64,000 nt of DNA from Bacilli bacterium (GTDB lineage Bacteria; Bacillota_I; Bacilli_A; RFN20; CAG-826): positions 18,131-82,130 of the forward strand of contig JAEDIE010000001.1 of the NCBI GenBank assembly GCA_016296775.1, read 5' to 3'. Below are positions 38,233 to 48,489 of this stretch, in pieces. How positions within the stretch are numbered: the stretch's first letter is position 1; each line of letters starts with the position of its first letter. The notes beneath the pieces were generated by a model that saw only the letters and a program-made list of their open reading frames with translations, was not told the DNA's origin and searched no databases. The translations under genes were made by a program, and so were the position numbers.

Positions 38233-38234
38233 AA

Positions 38235-39206
38235 TTAAGCTCCAAATATATTCTCGATGAGGTTTAAAAACAATAGTTGAGTATTTAAATTATATGATAA
38301 TTCATAGCGATAATTCATTAATTTTAATATTGAATCATCAATAGAATTAACGTTATTAATTATAACATTTAATTGTTCTTTTGACTCGTTAATAATAATT
38401 TCTTCATTCATCTTTAGTTTTGATGCTTCTTTTAAATAAACAATTAAGATATCTAAGAAAAATCTAATAGCTATCTTTGTTTTTAAATTGGGATTAATTT
38501 CGTTTAAAACGAAGAATCTTAATTTGTTTTTGTTAGGTATTAAATTAATAAAAGATTCTACATATTTTTGAGCTTCTATGTAATCTTCATTTTCAGTTTC
38601 TAATTTAATCATTGAAGCATCATTTTGAAAAAACGATAATATTTCCGCATTCTTTTTATCAACATTTAAAGAAATGCATTCATTTATCAAATCTTTTTTA
38701 TCAACATTAGAGAAACGAACTATTTCGGTTCTACTTAAAATTGTTGGTAAAACACGATATTCGTTTTCTGTAGTTAAAATTGCGTATGTATTATCAAGTG
38801 GTTCTTCTAAAAACTTAAGTAATGCATTTGTTTCGTTAGGTCTAAGATTTTCAACTAAGTTAATAATATAAATTTTAATTCCTAATTGATTGATAGAAGT
38901 TTGAGAAAACTTTTCTTCAATTTTTCTTATATCATCAATTTTTGATTGTTCTTTTTTTGTATCAATAATAATTAAGTCAGGATAAGTTCTATTTTCAACT
39001 TGTTTAGAGATAATATTTTCTTCATCTATAAATTTATGTTTGTTATTTAGTAAACTTTTAGCTAGAAATTTTGCAACTTCAAATAGAGGTGTTCCAGTTG
39101 GTCCACTTAATAAATATGCGTGGAAAAACCTATTGTTTTCCAAAGCATTTTTAAAAATATTGTATGGAATTTCTTGATATTTTTTTAAATAATTAATACA
39201 ATCCAT
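38235..39206 (-). CDS. holB: DNA polymerase III delta' subunit
   Basis: AAA+ clamp-loader N-terminus HAYLLSGPTGT. Position after tmk. Confidence 0.8.
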   Translation of the reverse strand: MDCINYLKKYQEIPYNIFKNALENNRFFHAYLLSGPTGTPLFEVAKFLAKSLLNNKHKFIDEENIISKQVENRTYPDLIIIDTKKEQSKIDDIRKIEEKFSQTSINQLGIKIYIINLVENLRPNETNALLKFLEEPLDNTYAILTTENEYRVLPTILSRTEIVRFSNVDKKDLINECISLNVDKKNAEILSFFQNDASMIKLETENEDYIEAQKYVESFINLIPNKNKLRFFVLNEINPNLKTKIAIRFFLDILIVYLKEASKLKMNEEIIINESKEQLNVIINNVNSIDDSILKLMNYRYELSYNLNTQLLFLNLIENIFGA

Positions 39207-39819
39207 CTAATTTGTTTTTAATAATTGTATATGCTTCTAAAACAACTTCATCAAGTGGTTTACTAGCATCAATTACAACGTATCTTTCTTTATACCTTTT
39301 ACTTAAATCTAAAAAAGTATTTCTAACATCATCATAAAACTTTAAAGATTCAAGATCTAAACGATTAACTTCTCTATTTTTATTTTTATTAATTCTTTCT
39401 AAACCAACCTTTGGTTCAAGGTCAAAAAGAATAGTTAAATCAGGTAAAGTATTTTCTGTAGCAAAAAGATTAACATTTAATACTTCTTCAACACCTAAAT
39501 GTTTTCCACCTCCTTGATAAGCCAAACTTGAATCAATATATCTATCACATAAAACGATCTTATTTTCTTTTAAAGCTGGCCAAACTTTTTCAACTAAATG
39601 TTGTCTTCTACTTGCAGCAAAAAGTAATGCTTCAGATCTATCATCTAAAGAAGTATTTTCTTTATCTAAAATAATATTTCTAATTTGTTCAGCAATTTTA
39701 ACTCCACCGGGTTCACGAGTTAAAATAATATCGTAGTTTTCGTTTTTTAATCTTTCAAATACTAAAGAAGCAACAGTAGTTTTCCCGCTTCCTTCGCCAC
39801 CTTCAAATGTAATAAACAT
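39193..39819 (-). CDS. tmk: Thymidylate kinase
   Basis: P-loop FITFEGGEGSGKTT. DRY motif. Confidence 0.9.
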   Translation of the reverse strand: MFITFEGGEGSGKTTVASLVFERLKNENYDIILTREPGGVKIAEQIRNIILDKENTSLDDRSEALLFAASRRQHLVEKVWPALKENKIVLCDRYIDSSLAYQGGGKHLGVEEVLNVNLFATENTLPDLTILFDLEPKVGLERINKNKNREVNRLDLESLKFYDDVRNTFLDLSKRYKERYVVIDASKPLDEVVLEAYTIIKNKLDGLY

Positions 39820-39830
39820 ATTTTTACCCC

Positions 39831-40430
39831 TTATTTTAAAGTAGTTCTTCCTTCAATAGCTTTTTGAATGGTTAATTCATCAGCATATTCTAAATTTCCA
39901 CCCATTGGAATACCATAAGCAAGTCTTGTAACTTTAATATTTTTATCTTCTAATAATTTAGCTAAATATAAAGCTGTGGTTTCTCCTTCGATGGTTGGAT
40001 TAGTAGCAATTATAATTTCTTTTATATTTTCTTTATCAATTCTTTCAAGTAACTCTTTAATTCTTAGATCTTCAGGTCTAATTCCTTTCAATGATGAAAG
40101 ATCACCATTTAATGAATGATAAGTGCCTCTATAAGTATTGCTTTTTTCAAAGTTATAAACATCTTTATAAGATGAAAGAACAATACAGGTGGAATGATCT
40201 CTATGTTCATCATTACATATTGGGCAAATTGAACCTTCACTTAATAAGCCACAAATTGGACAAGGATGAATTTTTTCTTTTACATCTTTAATGTTTTGAA
40301 TTAATTCATCAACAGTTTTGTCATCCATACTTAAAACGTTGAAAGCCATTCTTTCTGCAGTTTTACTTCCAACGCTTGAAAAGTTTTTAAAAGAATCTGT
40401 TAATTTTACAATGCTACTTAATTCTTTCAT
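39831..40430 (-). CDS. recR: Recombination protein RecR
   Basis: C4 zinc finger CPICGL..CPIC plus a Toprim domain. 199 aa. Confidence 0.9.
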   Translation of the reverse strand: MKELSSIVKLTDSFKNFSSVGSKTAERMAFNVLSMDDKTVDELIQNIKDVKEKIHPCPICGLLSEGSICPICNDEHRDHSTCIVLSSYKDVYNFEKSNTYRGTYHSLNGDLSSLKGIRPEDLRIKELLERIDKENIKEIIIATNPTIEGETTALYLAKLLEDKNIKVTRLAYGIPMGGNLEYADELTIQKAIEGRTTLK

Positions 40431-40738
40431 TAAAACATTCCTGGCATTCCGTTAATTTTAAATGAAGATGCTAATTTTTCATTTGCTTCATCAATTAAAT
40501 CTTTACAGCCATCATAAGCTAATTTAATCATGTCTTTAAGCATATCTTCATCATCTTGATTTAAAAGATCTTTATCGAGGAATTCAATTGAAACAAAGTC
40601 CATATTTCCTTTTAAAACAACTTTGACTGCTCCATTAGCAGTGTATTCGAATTCTTTTTCATCTAATTCTTTTTGTTTTCTTTCGAATTCTCTTTGTGTT
40701 CTTTGCATTTGTTGAATCATTTGTTGATAACTTGGCAT
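40430..40738 (-). CDS. ybaB: Nucleoid-associated protein YbaB/EbfC
   Basis: Conserved dnaX-ybaB-recR arrangement. 102 aa. MPGMF C-terminus. Confidence 0.85.
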   Translation of the reverse strand: MPSYQQMIQQMQRTQREFERKQKELDEKEFEYTANGAVKVVLKGNMDFVSIEFLDKDLLNQDDEDMLKDMIKLAYDGCKDLIDEANEKLASSFKINGMPGMF

Positions 40739-40749
40739 AAAATTCTCCT

Positions 40750-42429
40750 TTATAATAATTTAATTTTATCAATTTCAATTTCTTTCGCTTTTGGAAGCTT
40801 ATTTACTTGTTGAAGATCTAAATAATGTTTAAAACTATTAATAGAATCTGATCTGGATAAAGCATAAACACTATATTCAACGTTAGTTAATTCTTTTAAT
40901 ATTTTTGTGTACATTTTTTGATTTTGTTTATTGTTAACTTTGTTAACTGAAGACATAAAATCATAAACTAATACAACAAAATTTGAAGTTACAATAAAAG
41001 GTTGACCATCTTGAAGAATGGAAGAGTAAGGAAGTAATTTGCTATCTTTAACATTAAACAAATTAGGCCAAACAGTGTTTGTTAAATTTTTCTTACATTC
41101 TTTATTTCCTAAAACCATTAATTTAATGAGGTTATCCATTGATAAAGTAACTTGTTCACCTTCACTTGAAATAGAACTTGTGTTAAATTCAACCTTTTTA
41201 TATTCTTCTTTAACAACAGGTTTTTCTTCTTTTATCTCTTCTTTTTTAACTTCAACTTCTTTAACTATTTCTTTCTTTTCTTCTAAAATAGTTGGGTTTT
41301 TAATAGATTTTTTATCTTCAGCTTTGGTTTCTTCTTTAATTTCAATAGTAGAAACTACATTTTTAGTAGCTTTTAACATATAAATTTCAAAGACAAAACT
41401 TGGATTTGAAGCAGTCTTGTATTCTTTTTTACATTCTAAGAAAAGATCAATTAAACTATAAAGTTCTGGTTCATTAAATAAAGAAATAACTTCTTTAACT
41501 TTTTCTTCTTTTAAATATTCTAACAACTCTTTATTTTTGGTTTTTGTATAAACTAAAGCATCTTTTAATGAAATTAAAACTTCATTTGTTAATCTAGAAA
41601 TATCAATATTTCTTAAGTTATAGCTATTTAATTCTTTGATTATTTCGCTTGTTTTTTTGAATTTAATAAGTTTTAAAAGGTTTATTTTTTCATCTATATT
41701 TGTTAAACCAAATACTTTTTCTATATTTTTTAATGAAATATGATTTCCACTAAAAGCAATTAATTGATCAAGTAAAGAAAGAGCATCTCTAGCTCCACCT
41801 TGAGCTATTTCAACAATACTAGGAATTACACATTCATCGTAAGTAATATTTTCGTTATTAAGAACTCTAATTATCAATTTCGATAGTGATTCGTCACTAA
41901 TTTTAGAAAAATCATATCTTTGACATCTACTTAAAATAGTAGGAATAATTTGATAAGGTTCAGTAGTACAAAGAATAAAAACAACATACTCTGGAGGTTC
42001 TTCTAATGTTTTAAGTAAAGCATTAAAAGCATTTTCAGTCATCATATGGACTTCATCAATAATATAAACTTTATATCTTCCTTTAATTGGAGCATATTTA
42101 ACTTTTTCAATTAAAGTTCTAACACCATCAACTCCTGAATTACTAGCAGCGTCAATTTCAATTACATCAGGATGAGCGCCTTTATTAATTAAAGTACAGT
42201 TTTCGCATTCATTACATTGGTTTCCAAGTCCTTCATCACAATTTAAAGCTTTAGCAAAAAGTCTAGCAATAGAGGTTTTTCCAGTACCTCTTGGACCACA
42301 AAATAAATAGGCATGGGCTATTTTTTCACTAGTGAAAGCATTTTTTAATGTTTGAACGATTGCTTCTTGACCAACGATTTCATCAAATGTTTGACTTCTA
42401 TATTTTCTATAAAGTGCAAGGTAACTCAT
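40750..42429 (-). CDS. dnaX: DNA polymerase III subunits gamma/tau
   Basis: AAA+ Walker A GPRGTGKTS. Zn-module CxxC. Confidence 0.9.
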   Translation of the reverse strand: MSYLALYRKYRSQTFDEIVGQEAIVQTLKNAFTSEKIAHAYLFCGPRGTGKTSIARLFAKALNCDEGLGNQCNECENCTLINKGAHPDVIEIDAASNSGVDGVRTLIEKVKYAPIKGRYKVYIIDEVHMMTENAFNALLKTLEEPPEYVVFILCTTEPYQIIPTILSRCQRYDFSKISDESLSKLIIRVLNNENITYDECVIPSIVEIAQGGARDALSLLDQLIAFSGNHISLKNIEKVFGLTNIDEKINLLKLIKFKKTSEIIKELNSYNLRNIDISRLTNEVLISLKDALVYTKTKNKELLEYLKEEKVKEVISLFNEPELYSLIDLFLECKKEYKTASNPSFVFEIYMLKATKNVVSTIEIKEETKAEDKKSIKNPTILEEKKEIVKEVEVKKEEIKEEKPVVKEEYKKVEFNTSSISSEGEQVTLSMDNLIKLMVLGNKECKKNLTNTVWPNLFNVKDSKLLPYSSILQDGQPFIVTSNFVVLVYDFMSSVNKVNNKQNQKMYTKILKELTNVEYSVYALSRSDSINSFKHYLDLQQVNKLPKAKEIEIDKIKLL

Positions 42430-42542
42430 AATTGAGTTAATTATAGCAAAAAGAACATGTTTTTTACATATATAATTTGTAATTATATTTAATTATAATT
42501 AAATATTTGTTATTATTTTAAAGCACTGAAGGAGTTTTAATT

Positions 42543-43616
42543 ATGGATAAAAACATGTATGACAGATTAGTAACAAGTGAAAAAAGAGTTGAAGAAATTG
42601 ATACATTATTAAGTGAACCAGATGTTACTAGTGATTTAAAAAGATTTAAAGAGTTATCAAAAGAAAGAAGCATTCTTGAACCAATCGTTGAAAAGTTTCA
42701 AGAATATAAAATGTATGAAAGTAACCTTAAAGATGCTTTAGATATGTCAAATGATTCTGATCCAGAAATTAGTGCTCTTGGAAGAGAAGAATATAAAAAT
42801 AACCAAGAAAACATATTAAAAACTGAAGAAGAGATTAGAATTTTATTACTTCCTAGAGATCCTAATGATGGTAAAGATGTAATTTTTGAAATTAAGGGTG
42901 CAGTTGGTGGAGATGAAGCCGATATTTTTGCTGGAGATTTATTTAGAATGTATATTAAATACTGCGATTCTAAAGGATTTAAATATAAAATTTTAGATGA
43001 AAACCCATGCGGAGTTGGTGGATATTCATATATTTCGTTTGTTGTAAGTGGAGATGATGCTTATTCTCATTTAAAGTTTGAATCAGGTGTTCATAGAGTT
43101 CAAAGAGTTCCTAGAACTGAAGCTAATGGTCGAATTCATACTTCAACTGCAACTGTCGTTGTTATGCCAAAAATTGAGGTAAATGATGTTAATATTAAAA
43201 ATGAAGATTTAAGAGTTGATAGATATAGATCTCAAGGAGCTGGTGGACAAAACGTCAATAAAACCGAATCTGCAGTTAGAATTACTCATATTCCTACTGG
43301 AATTGTTGTTTCTTGTCAAACTGAAAAATCCCAAATTCAAAACCACGAAATATGTATGGAAATGTTAGCTAGTAAATTAGCTCAACTTGAAGAAGAAAAA
43401 AAGCAAGCTAGTGAAGCTCAATTTAGAAGCAAAATTGGAAGTGGTGATAGAAACGAAAAAATTAGAACTTACAACTATCCACAAAATAGAGTTACTGATC
43501 ATAGAATTGGCTATACAATTCAACAACTTGATAGAGTCATGGAAGGTGAGCTTGATTCAATTGTTGATGCATTAATTAATTTTGAACAAGAACAAAAAAT
43601 AGCTGGAAATAAATAA
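42543..43616 (+). CDS. prfA: Peptide chain release factor 1
   Basis: GGQ motif. PxT-type recognition region RVPRTE. 357 aa. Confidence 0.9.
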   Translation: MDKNMYDRLVTSEKRVEEIDTLLSEPDVTSDLKRFKELSKERSILEPIVEKFQEYKMYESNLKDALDMSNDSDPEISALGREEYKNNQENILKTEEEIRILLLPRDPNDGKDVIFEIKGAVGGDEADIFAGDLFRMYIKYCDSKGFKYKILDENPCGVGGYSYISFVVSGDDAYSHLKFESGVHRVQRVPRTEANGRIHTSTATVVVMPKIEVNDVNIKNEDLRVDRYRSQGAGGQNVNKTESAVRITHIPTGIVVSCQTEKSQIQNHEICMEMLASKLAQLEEEKKQASEAQFRSKIGSGDRNEKIRTYNYPQNRVTDHRIGYTIQQLDRVMEGELDSIVDALINFEQEQKIAGNK

Positions 43617-44503
43617 TGAATTTGACAAATAGAGAAGTATATTTAAATTCTTTAAAAGAAATTAAAGATAACAATTTAGATGTTCAACAATCTTTAATTT
43701 ATCAATTGCTAATTAAGGTAAATAATTTTAATAATTTCACATCTTTAATAGTAAATTTTGATAAAGAAATTAAAAACATCAAATTGTTTAACGAATTATT
43801 CACTAGATTAAAAAATGGTGAACCTTTTGAATATATTGTTAATGAAGCTTCATTTGTTTCGCTTCTTCTTTATGTTGATAAAAATGTTTTAATTCCTCGA
43901 GTAGAAACAGAAGGTTTGATGACTATTGTTAACAAATTGATTGATGATAACAATTTAAATGCTTCAACAATTATTGATATGTGTACTGGAAGTGGTTGCA
44001 TAGGTTTATATATGAAAAAGACACATCCAAATAGTCGAGTTATTGTTAGTGATATTTCGAGTGAAGCTTTAAAAATAGCTAAGAAAAACAGCCTCAATTT
44101 GAATTTAGAAATTGAAACTTTGTTAAGTGATAAGTTAGATGAATTTTTAAAAAATCATATTAAGTGTGATGTATTTTTATCAAATCCACCTTATGTAGAA
44201 AATAAAGATGATATATTTGAAAAAGTTAAAAAATATGAACCAATGAATGCTGTATTTGTTGAAAATAATGATACATTTTATGAAGAATGTTTTAAACATT
44301 ATAAAGATATAATGAATGAAAAATTTTTGATGGCTTTTGAAATTAATTATGATCAAAAAGAAAGATTAACTAATTTAATTGGTAAATATTTTACTAGTGA
44401 AGATACCAAATTTTTATTTTTAAAAGATATATATAACAAAGATAGATATTTAATTATCTTGGGAGGATATGATGTTGCTTATTTCCAAATGCGAGATAGA
44501 TAA
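43616..44503 (+). CDS. prmC: Release-factor glutamine N5-methyltransferase PrmC/HemK
   Basis: NPPY motif LSNPPYV. Follows prfA with an ATGA overlap. Confidence 0.85.
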   Translation: MNLTNREVYLNSLKEIKDNNLDVQQSLIYQLLIKVNNFNNFTSLIVNFDKEIKNIKLFNELFTRLKNGEPFEYIVNEASFVSLLLYVDKNVLIPRVETEGLMTIVNKLIDDNNLNASTIIDMCTGSGCIGLYMKKTHPNSRVIVSDISSEALKIAKKNSLNLNLEIETLLSDKLDEFLKNHIKCDVFLSNPPYVENKDDIFEKVKKYEPMNAVFVENNDTFYEECFKHYKDIMNEKFLMAFEINYDQKERLTNLIGKYFTSEDTKFLFLKDIYNKDRYLIILGGYDVAYFQMRDR

Positions 44504-45089
44504 AGCTGTTAAAGTAATTAAAGATGGTGGGTTAGCATGTTTTCCTACCGAAACTGTTTTTGGTTTAGGTTGTATTGCAAGTAAAGAGAGTTCTTTTTTA
44601 AGAATAGTTGAAGTTAAAAAAAGACCTGCAAATAAGCCTTTTACATTAATGTGTTCTTCAATTGAACAGGCATTAGATTATATTGAATATAATGAAAAGA
44701 TAGTTTCTTTAATGAAAAAATATTTTCCTGGCCAATTAACGATTATTACAAAGTGTAAAAAAGGAATTCAAAAACATATTGATTTAGGCACTAATTATAT
44801 AGGAATTAGGATTCCAGATGATGAATTTGTTTTAAATTTAATATCAAGAGTTAATGAACCAATGCTTGTTACAAGTGCAAACATTTCTTCATTTCCTCCT
44901 GCCTTAAACGATAAGGAAGCAAATGACTATTTTAAAGATGGAATTGATATTATAATTAAAGGAGAGTGTAAAAGTAATATACCTTCAACAATTGTAATGT
45001 TTAAAGATGGTAAATTAACATTAATCAGAGAAGGAATTATAAAATTTAAAGAATTGGAGGACTATATCAATGGAAAAAAAGAATATTAG
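44469..45089 (+). CDS. tsaC: L-threonylcarbamoyladenylate synthase TsaC/YwlC (YrdC domain)
   Basis: YrdC motif PTETVFGLGC. Confidence 0.8.
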   Translation: MMLLISKCEIDKAVKVIKDGGLACFPTETVFGLGCIASKESSFLRIVEVKKRPANKPFTLMCSSIEQALDYIEYNEKIVSLMKKYFPGQLTIITKCKKGIQKHIDLGTNYIGIRIPDDEFVLNLISRVNEPMLVTSANISSFPPALNDKEANDYFKDGIDIIIKGECKSNIPSTIVMFKDGKLTLIREGIIKFKELEDYINGKKEY

Positions 45090-45528
45090 AGTAGTTTTAG
45101 GTAATGATCATGGTGGTTTTGAAGCAAAAGAAGTGGTAAAAACACACTTAATTAATTGCGGTTATGATGTAATTGATGTAGGTACTTCTTCAAAAGAAAG
45201 CTGCAATTATGCTTATTTTGCTTTAGAAGCAGCTAAAAAGATTTCTTCAAAAGAAGCTAATTTTGGAATTTTAATTTGTAATTCAGGAGAAGGTGTTTCT
45301 ATTGCTGCTAATAAAGTTAAAGGTGTTAGATGCGGAATTGGTTATAACGATGATGTTGCTCGTTTAATAAGACAACATAATGATTGTAATATGATTTCTT
45401 TTGGTGCTTCTTTTATGAGTGTTGAAGATATATTAAGAAGAGTTGATATTTTCTTACATACTAGTTTTGAAGGCGGAAGACATTGTTTAAGAGTCCAAAC
45501 CTTTATTGATTACGAAAATAGCAAATAA
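45070..45528 (+). CDS. rpiB: Ribose-5-phosphate isomerase B
   Basis: RpiB/LacAB motifs GNDHGG and CNSGEG. 152 aa. Confidence 0.85.
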   Translation: MEKKNIRVVLGNDHGGFEAKEVVKTHLINCGYDVIDVGTSSKESCNYAYFALEAAKKISSKEANFGILICNSGEGVSIAANKVKGVRCGIGYNDDVARLIRQHNDCNMISFGASFMSVEDILRRVDIFLHTSFEGGRHCLRVQTFIDYENSK

Positions 45529-45577
45529 TTTAAAAAAGTTTATTTTTATAGTTTAATTTTCCTCCTTCATCGACGTC

Positions 45578-46741
45578 TTGTTATATGAAGGAGGTTTTTA
45601 TATTCAATTTAAGTGTGAAATATGTGGAAATGAGGATCCCAAATACATTGGATATTTAAATAACACACCATATTGTAGAAAATGTATTCAATTTAAAGGT
45701 GAAGCTGCAAGCGAAGACATATCTTACTTAAAAGGAAAATCTAAGGCTATTCTGAAATATGAATTGAGTCAAGAACAAAAAGTTATTTCAAATAAAGTTT
45801 TAAATAATTTTATCAATGGTAAGGATACATTGATTTATGCAGTTTGTGGAGCAGGGAAGACAGAACTTGTATTTGAAGTTATCGAATATGCTTTAAATCA
45901 CAAAATGAAAGTAGGTTTTGCAATTCCAAGAAAAGATGTCGTTATTGAACTTGCTAGAAGATTTCAAGCTACCTTTAAAAAGAATATAGTTATTGCTCTA
46001 TTTGGAGGAAATACTAATTTACTTTATGGAGATATAATTTGTTTAACAACTCATCAATTATATAGATATGAACATTATTTTGATCTTTTAATATTAGATG
46101 AAATAGATGCTTTTCCTTATAAAGGAAATGACGTTCTAGAAGCTATATTTAAAAGGAGTGTTAAAGGGAATTATGTATTGATGAGTGCTACTCCTGATGA
46201 TAAAACATTAAAAAGCTTTAATGATAACGATACATTATTAAAACTATTTACAAGATACCATAAAAAGCCTATCCCTGTTCCTAAAATAGTTATTAGATTT
46301 TCGATTTTTAAGTACATTTTTATAATTAAGAAATTAAAAGAATATGAGGAAAAAGATTTACCTTCTTTTGTGTTTGCTCCAACAATAGAAAAATGTGAAA
46401 ACCTTTATTCTTATCTAAAAATATTTATAAAAAATATCGATTACGTTCATTCAAAAAGAGATAATCGTAATCAAATAATTGATAAATTTAGAGATCAAAA
46501 ATTGAAATGTTTAGTTTGTACAGCTGTATTAGAAAGAGGAGTTACTATTAAAAATCTTCAAGTAATTATTTTTGATGCAGATGACCAAATTTATAATGAA
46601 AAATCTCTTAATCAAATATCTGGAAGAGTTGGAAGAGTAATAGGAGCAACAAGTGGAGATGTTTATTATGTTGCAGAAAGAAAAACTAAATATATGGAAA
46701 AAGCTATTGAGTTCACTATCTACGCAAACTCAAAACTGTAA
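45578..46741 (+). CDS. comFA: Competence helicase ComFA (DEAD/DEAH-box, N-terminal zinc ribbon)
   Basis: Zn ribbon CEICG...CRKC. Walker A CGAGKT. DEID box. Helicase C-terminal domain. Confidence 0.75.
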   Translation: MLYEGGFYIQFKCEICGNEDPKYIGYLNNTPYCRKCIQFKGEAASEDISYLKGKSKAILKYELSQEQKVISNKVLNNFINGKDTLIYAVCGAGKTELVFEVIEYALNHKMKVGFAIPRKDVVIELARRFQATFKKNIVIALFGGNTNLLYGDIICLTTHQLYRYEHYFDLLILDEIDAFPYKGNDVLEAIFKRSVKGNYVLMSATPDDKTLKSFNDNDTLLKLFTRYHKKPIPVPKIVIRFSIFKYIFIIKKLKEYEEKDLPSFVFAPTIEKCENLYSYLKIFIKNIDYVHSKRDNRNQIIDKFRDQKLKCLVCTAVLERGVTIKNLQVIIFDADDQIYNEKSLNQISGRVGRVIGATSGDVYYVAERKTKYMEKAIEFTIYANSKL

Positions 46742-47369
46742 AGTGTGTTTTAAAGAAATAAGAAATAAGTCATTCCATCATTTATTTAATAATGCTTCGA
46801 TATGTGATAAATGTTTGCAAAAATATCATCCTAAGTTTAAACAGTTTATTTTTGAAGGAATTAATGCTCTTTCAATTTATGAATATAAAGATACAATTAA
46901 AGAAAAATTATTTGCCTTTAAGGGTTGTTATGATTATGAACTTTATTCTACATTTTTAAACATATATGAGAACGAATTAAGAATAAAATATATAGGATTT
47001 TATATAGTTTTTGTTCCATCAACTAAAGAAAGTAATGAAGCAAGAGGCTTTAATCATGTTAAAGAAATGTTCAAATTTTTAAAACTTCCAGAACTTGATT
47101 TATTAAGGAAAGAAGGTAATGATAAACAAGCAAAAAGTACTTATCAAGAAAGAAAAAAGGTAGGAAAACATATTGTTTTAGCATCCAAAATCGATCTTAG
47201 AAATAAAAAAATTCTCTTAGTAGATGATGTTATAACTACAGGAGCCACATTAAAAGCATCAATAAACTTAATAAAAAGTTTAAATCCTTTGAAAATAGAG
47301 ATTTTAACTATGGCAAAAAGAGAATTTGATTACTCTAAGGGTGGTAAAAATATCGATGTAATTAAATAA
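46653..47369 (+). CDS. comFC: Competence protein ComFC (phosphoribosyltransferase domain). The start is uncertain and may be internal.
   Basis: N-terminal Cys pairs and the PRTase motif ILLVDDVITTGATL. Confidence 0.75.
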   Translation: MEMFIMLQKEKLNIWKKLLSSLSTQTQNCKVCFKEIRNKSFHHLFNNASICDKCLQKYHPKFKQFIFEGINALSIYEYKDTIKEKLFAFKGCYDYELYSTFLNIYENELRIKYIGFYIVFVPSTKESNEARGFNHVKEMFKFLKLPELDLLRKEGNDKQAKSTYQERKKVGKHIVLASKIDLRNKKILLVDDVITTGATLKASINLIKSLNPLKIEILTMAKREFDYSKGGKNIDVIK

Positions 47370-48326
47370 TTATTTAAATTTGTTATAGTAATCTTTTACA
47401 ACTTTATCTAATTCGTTATTAAAGTCGAATTTACATTTAAATCCTAACTCTTTTTCAATTTTAGAAGTATTTAAACAATATTTCTTATCATGAATTGGTC
47501 TATCTTTTATATATGAAATTTTATCTTCTTTAAGTCCTAAAGAATTTAAGATAATTTTAGCTAATTCGTTATTGGATTTTAAATTATGTCCTGCAACGTT
47601 ATATATTTCACCAACTTTACCTTTTCTAACAATTAAGTCAATTGCTTCTGCATGATCTAAAACATGTATCCAATCCCTAATATTTTCTCCGCCTCCATAT
47701 ATTTCAATATTCTCTTCTTGAGCAAGAAGTTTAATGGAGTGAGGTATAAATTTTTCTTCATGTTGACATGGTCCATAATTGTTGGTGGATCTAGAAATTG
47801 TAATAGGCAAAGACTTTTCTTCAAAATACTTTAATGCAACAAGATCTGCTTCTGCTTTAGATTTACTATATGGATTTTTTGGTAAAAGTGGACTATTTTC
47901 ATCAAATGATTTGTCGCTATTAAGTTCTAAATCACCATAAACTTCATCAGTTGAAACTTGATGAAATCTAGTAATTTTGTAATTTAAGCAACATTCAAGT
48001 AGATTTTTGACTCCATCAACATTAGTTGAGAAGAATTTTCCTTCTTGAGAAAACGAATTATCTACATGTGATTCAGCTGCAAAATTAATTACATAATCAA
48101 ACTGATAAGTTTCGAAAAGCTTAATTATAAGTTCTTTATCTCGAATATCGCCCCAAATAAAATTAAAATTAGATTTCCCTATGATTTCTTGGATATTTTC
48201 TAAATTTGCAGCATATGTTAACGCATCAAGGCAAACAAAATAATCTTCCTCATATTTGTTTACCATTTTGTTTAAGAAATTGGAGCCAATAAAACCAGCT
48301 CCGCCTGTTACTAAAAATTTTGCCAT
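47370..48326 (-). CDS. dTDP-glucose 4,6-dehydratase / NAD-dependent sugar epimerase-dehydratase
   Basis: Rossmann motif LVTGGAGFIGSNF. Catalytic YxxxK. Start set at MAKFLVTGG. The ORF-track N-terminal extension was rejected. Confidence 0.75.
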   Translation of the reverse strand: MAKFLVTGGAGFIGSNFLNKMVNKYEEDYFVCLDALTYAANLENIQEIIGKSNFNFIWGDIRDKELIIKLFETYQFDYVINFAAESHVDNSFSQEGKFFSTNVDGVKNLLECCLNYKITRFHQVSTDEVYGDLELNSDKSFDENSPLLPKNPYSKSKAEADLVALKYFEEKSLPITISRSTNNYGPCQHEEKFIPHSIKLLAQEENIEIYGGGENIRDWIHVLDHAEAIDLIVRKGKVGEIYNVAGHNLKSNNELAKIILNSLGLKEDKISYIKDRPIHDKKYCLNTSKIEKELGFKCKFDFNNELDKVVKDYYNKFK

Positions 48327-48489
48327 AATTAATTTTAAAATAATTGTGAAATTTAATAAAGAAGCAATGATTAATATGAAAAATAAGAGTAAATTCATAA
48401 AAAGTCTTTATTTTATTAATAAAATAAATATTGTTTTAATGTTATACTTTTAATGATATAATCTTAAAAGTGCAGAAAAGGAACGTATT

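Noticed and set aside
42430-42542. Possible SRP RNA (scr/ffs) upstream of dnaX, as in Bacillus
   Set aside because: The 113-nt spacer is AT-rich, with no conserved SRP domain IV motif and no stable helix.
48327-48398. N-terminal hydrophobic extension of the dehydratase ORF (MNLLLFFILIIASLL...)
   Set aside because: Cytoplasmic Rossmann-fold enzymes start at the GxxGxxG motif. The extension lacks an RBS and is a run of AT-rich codons.
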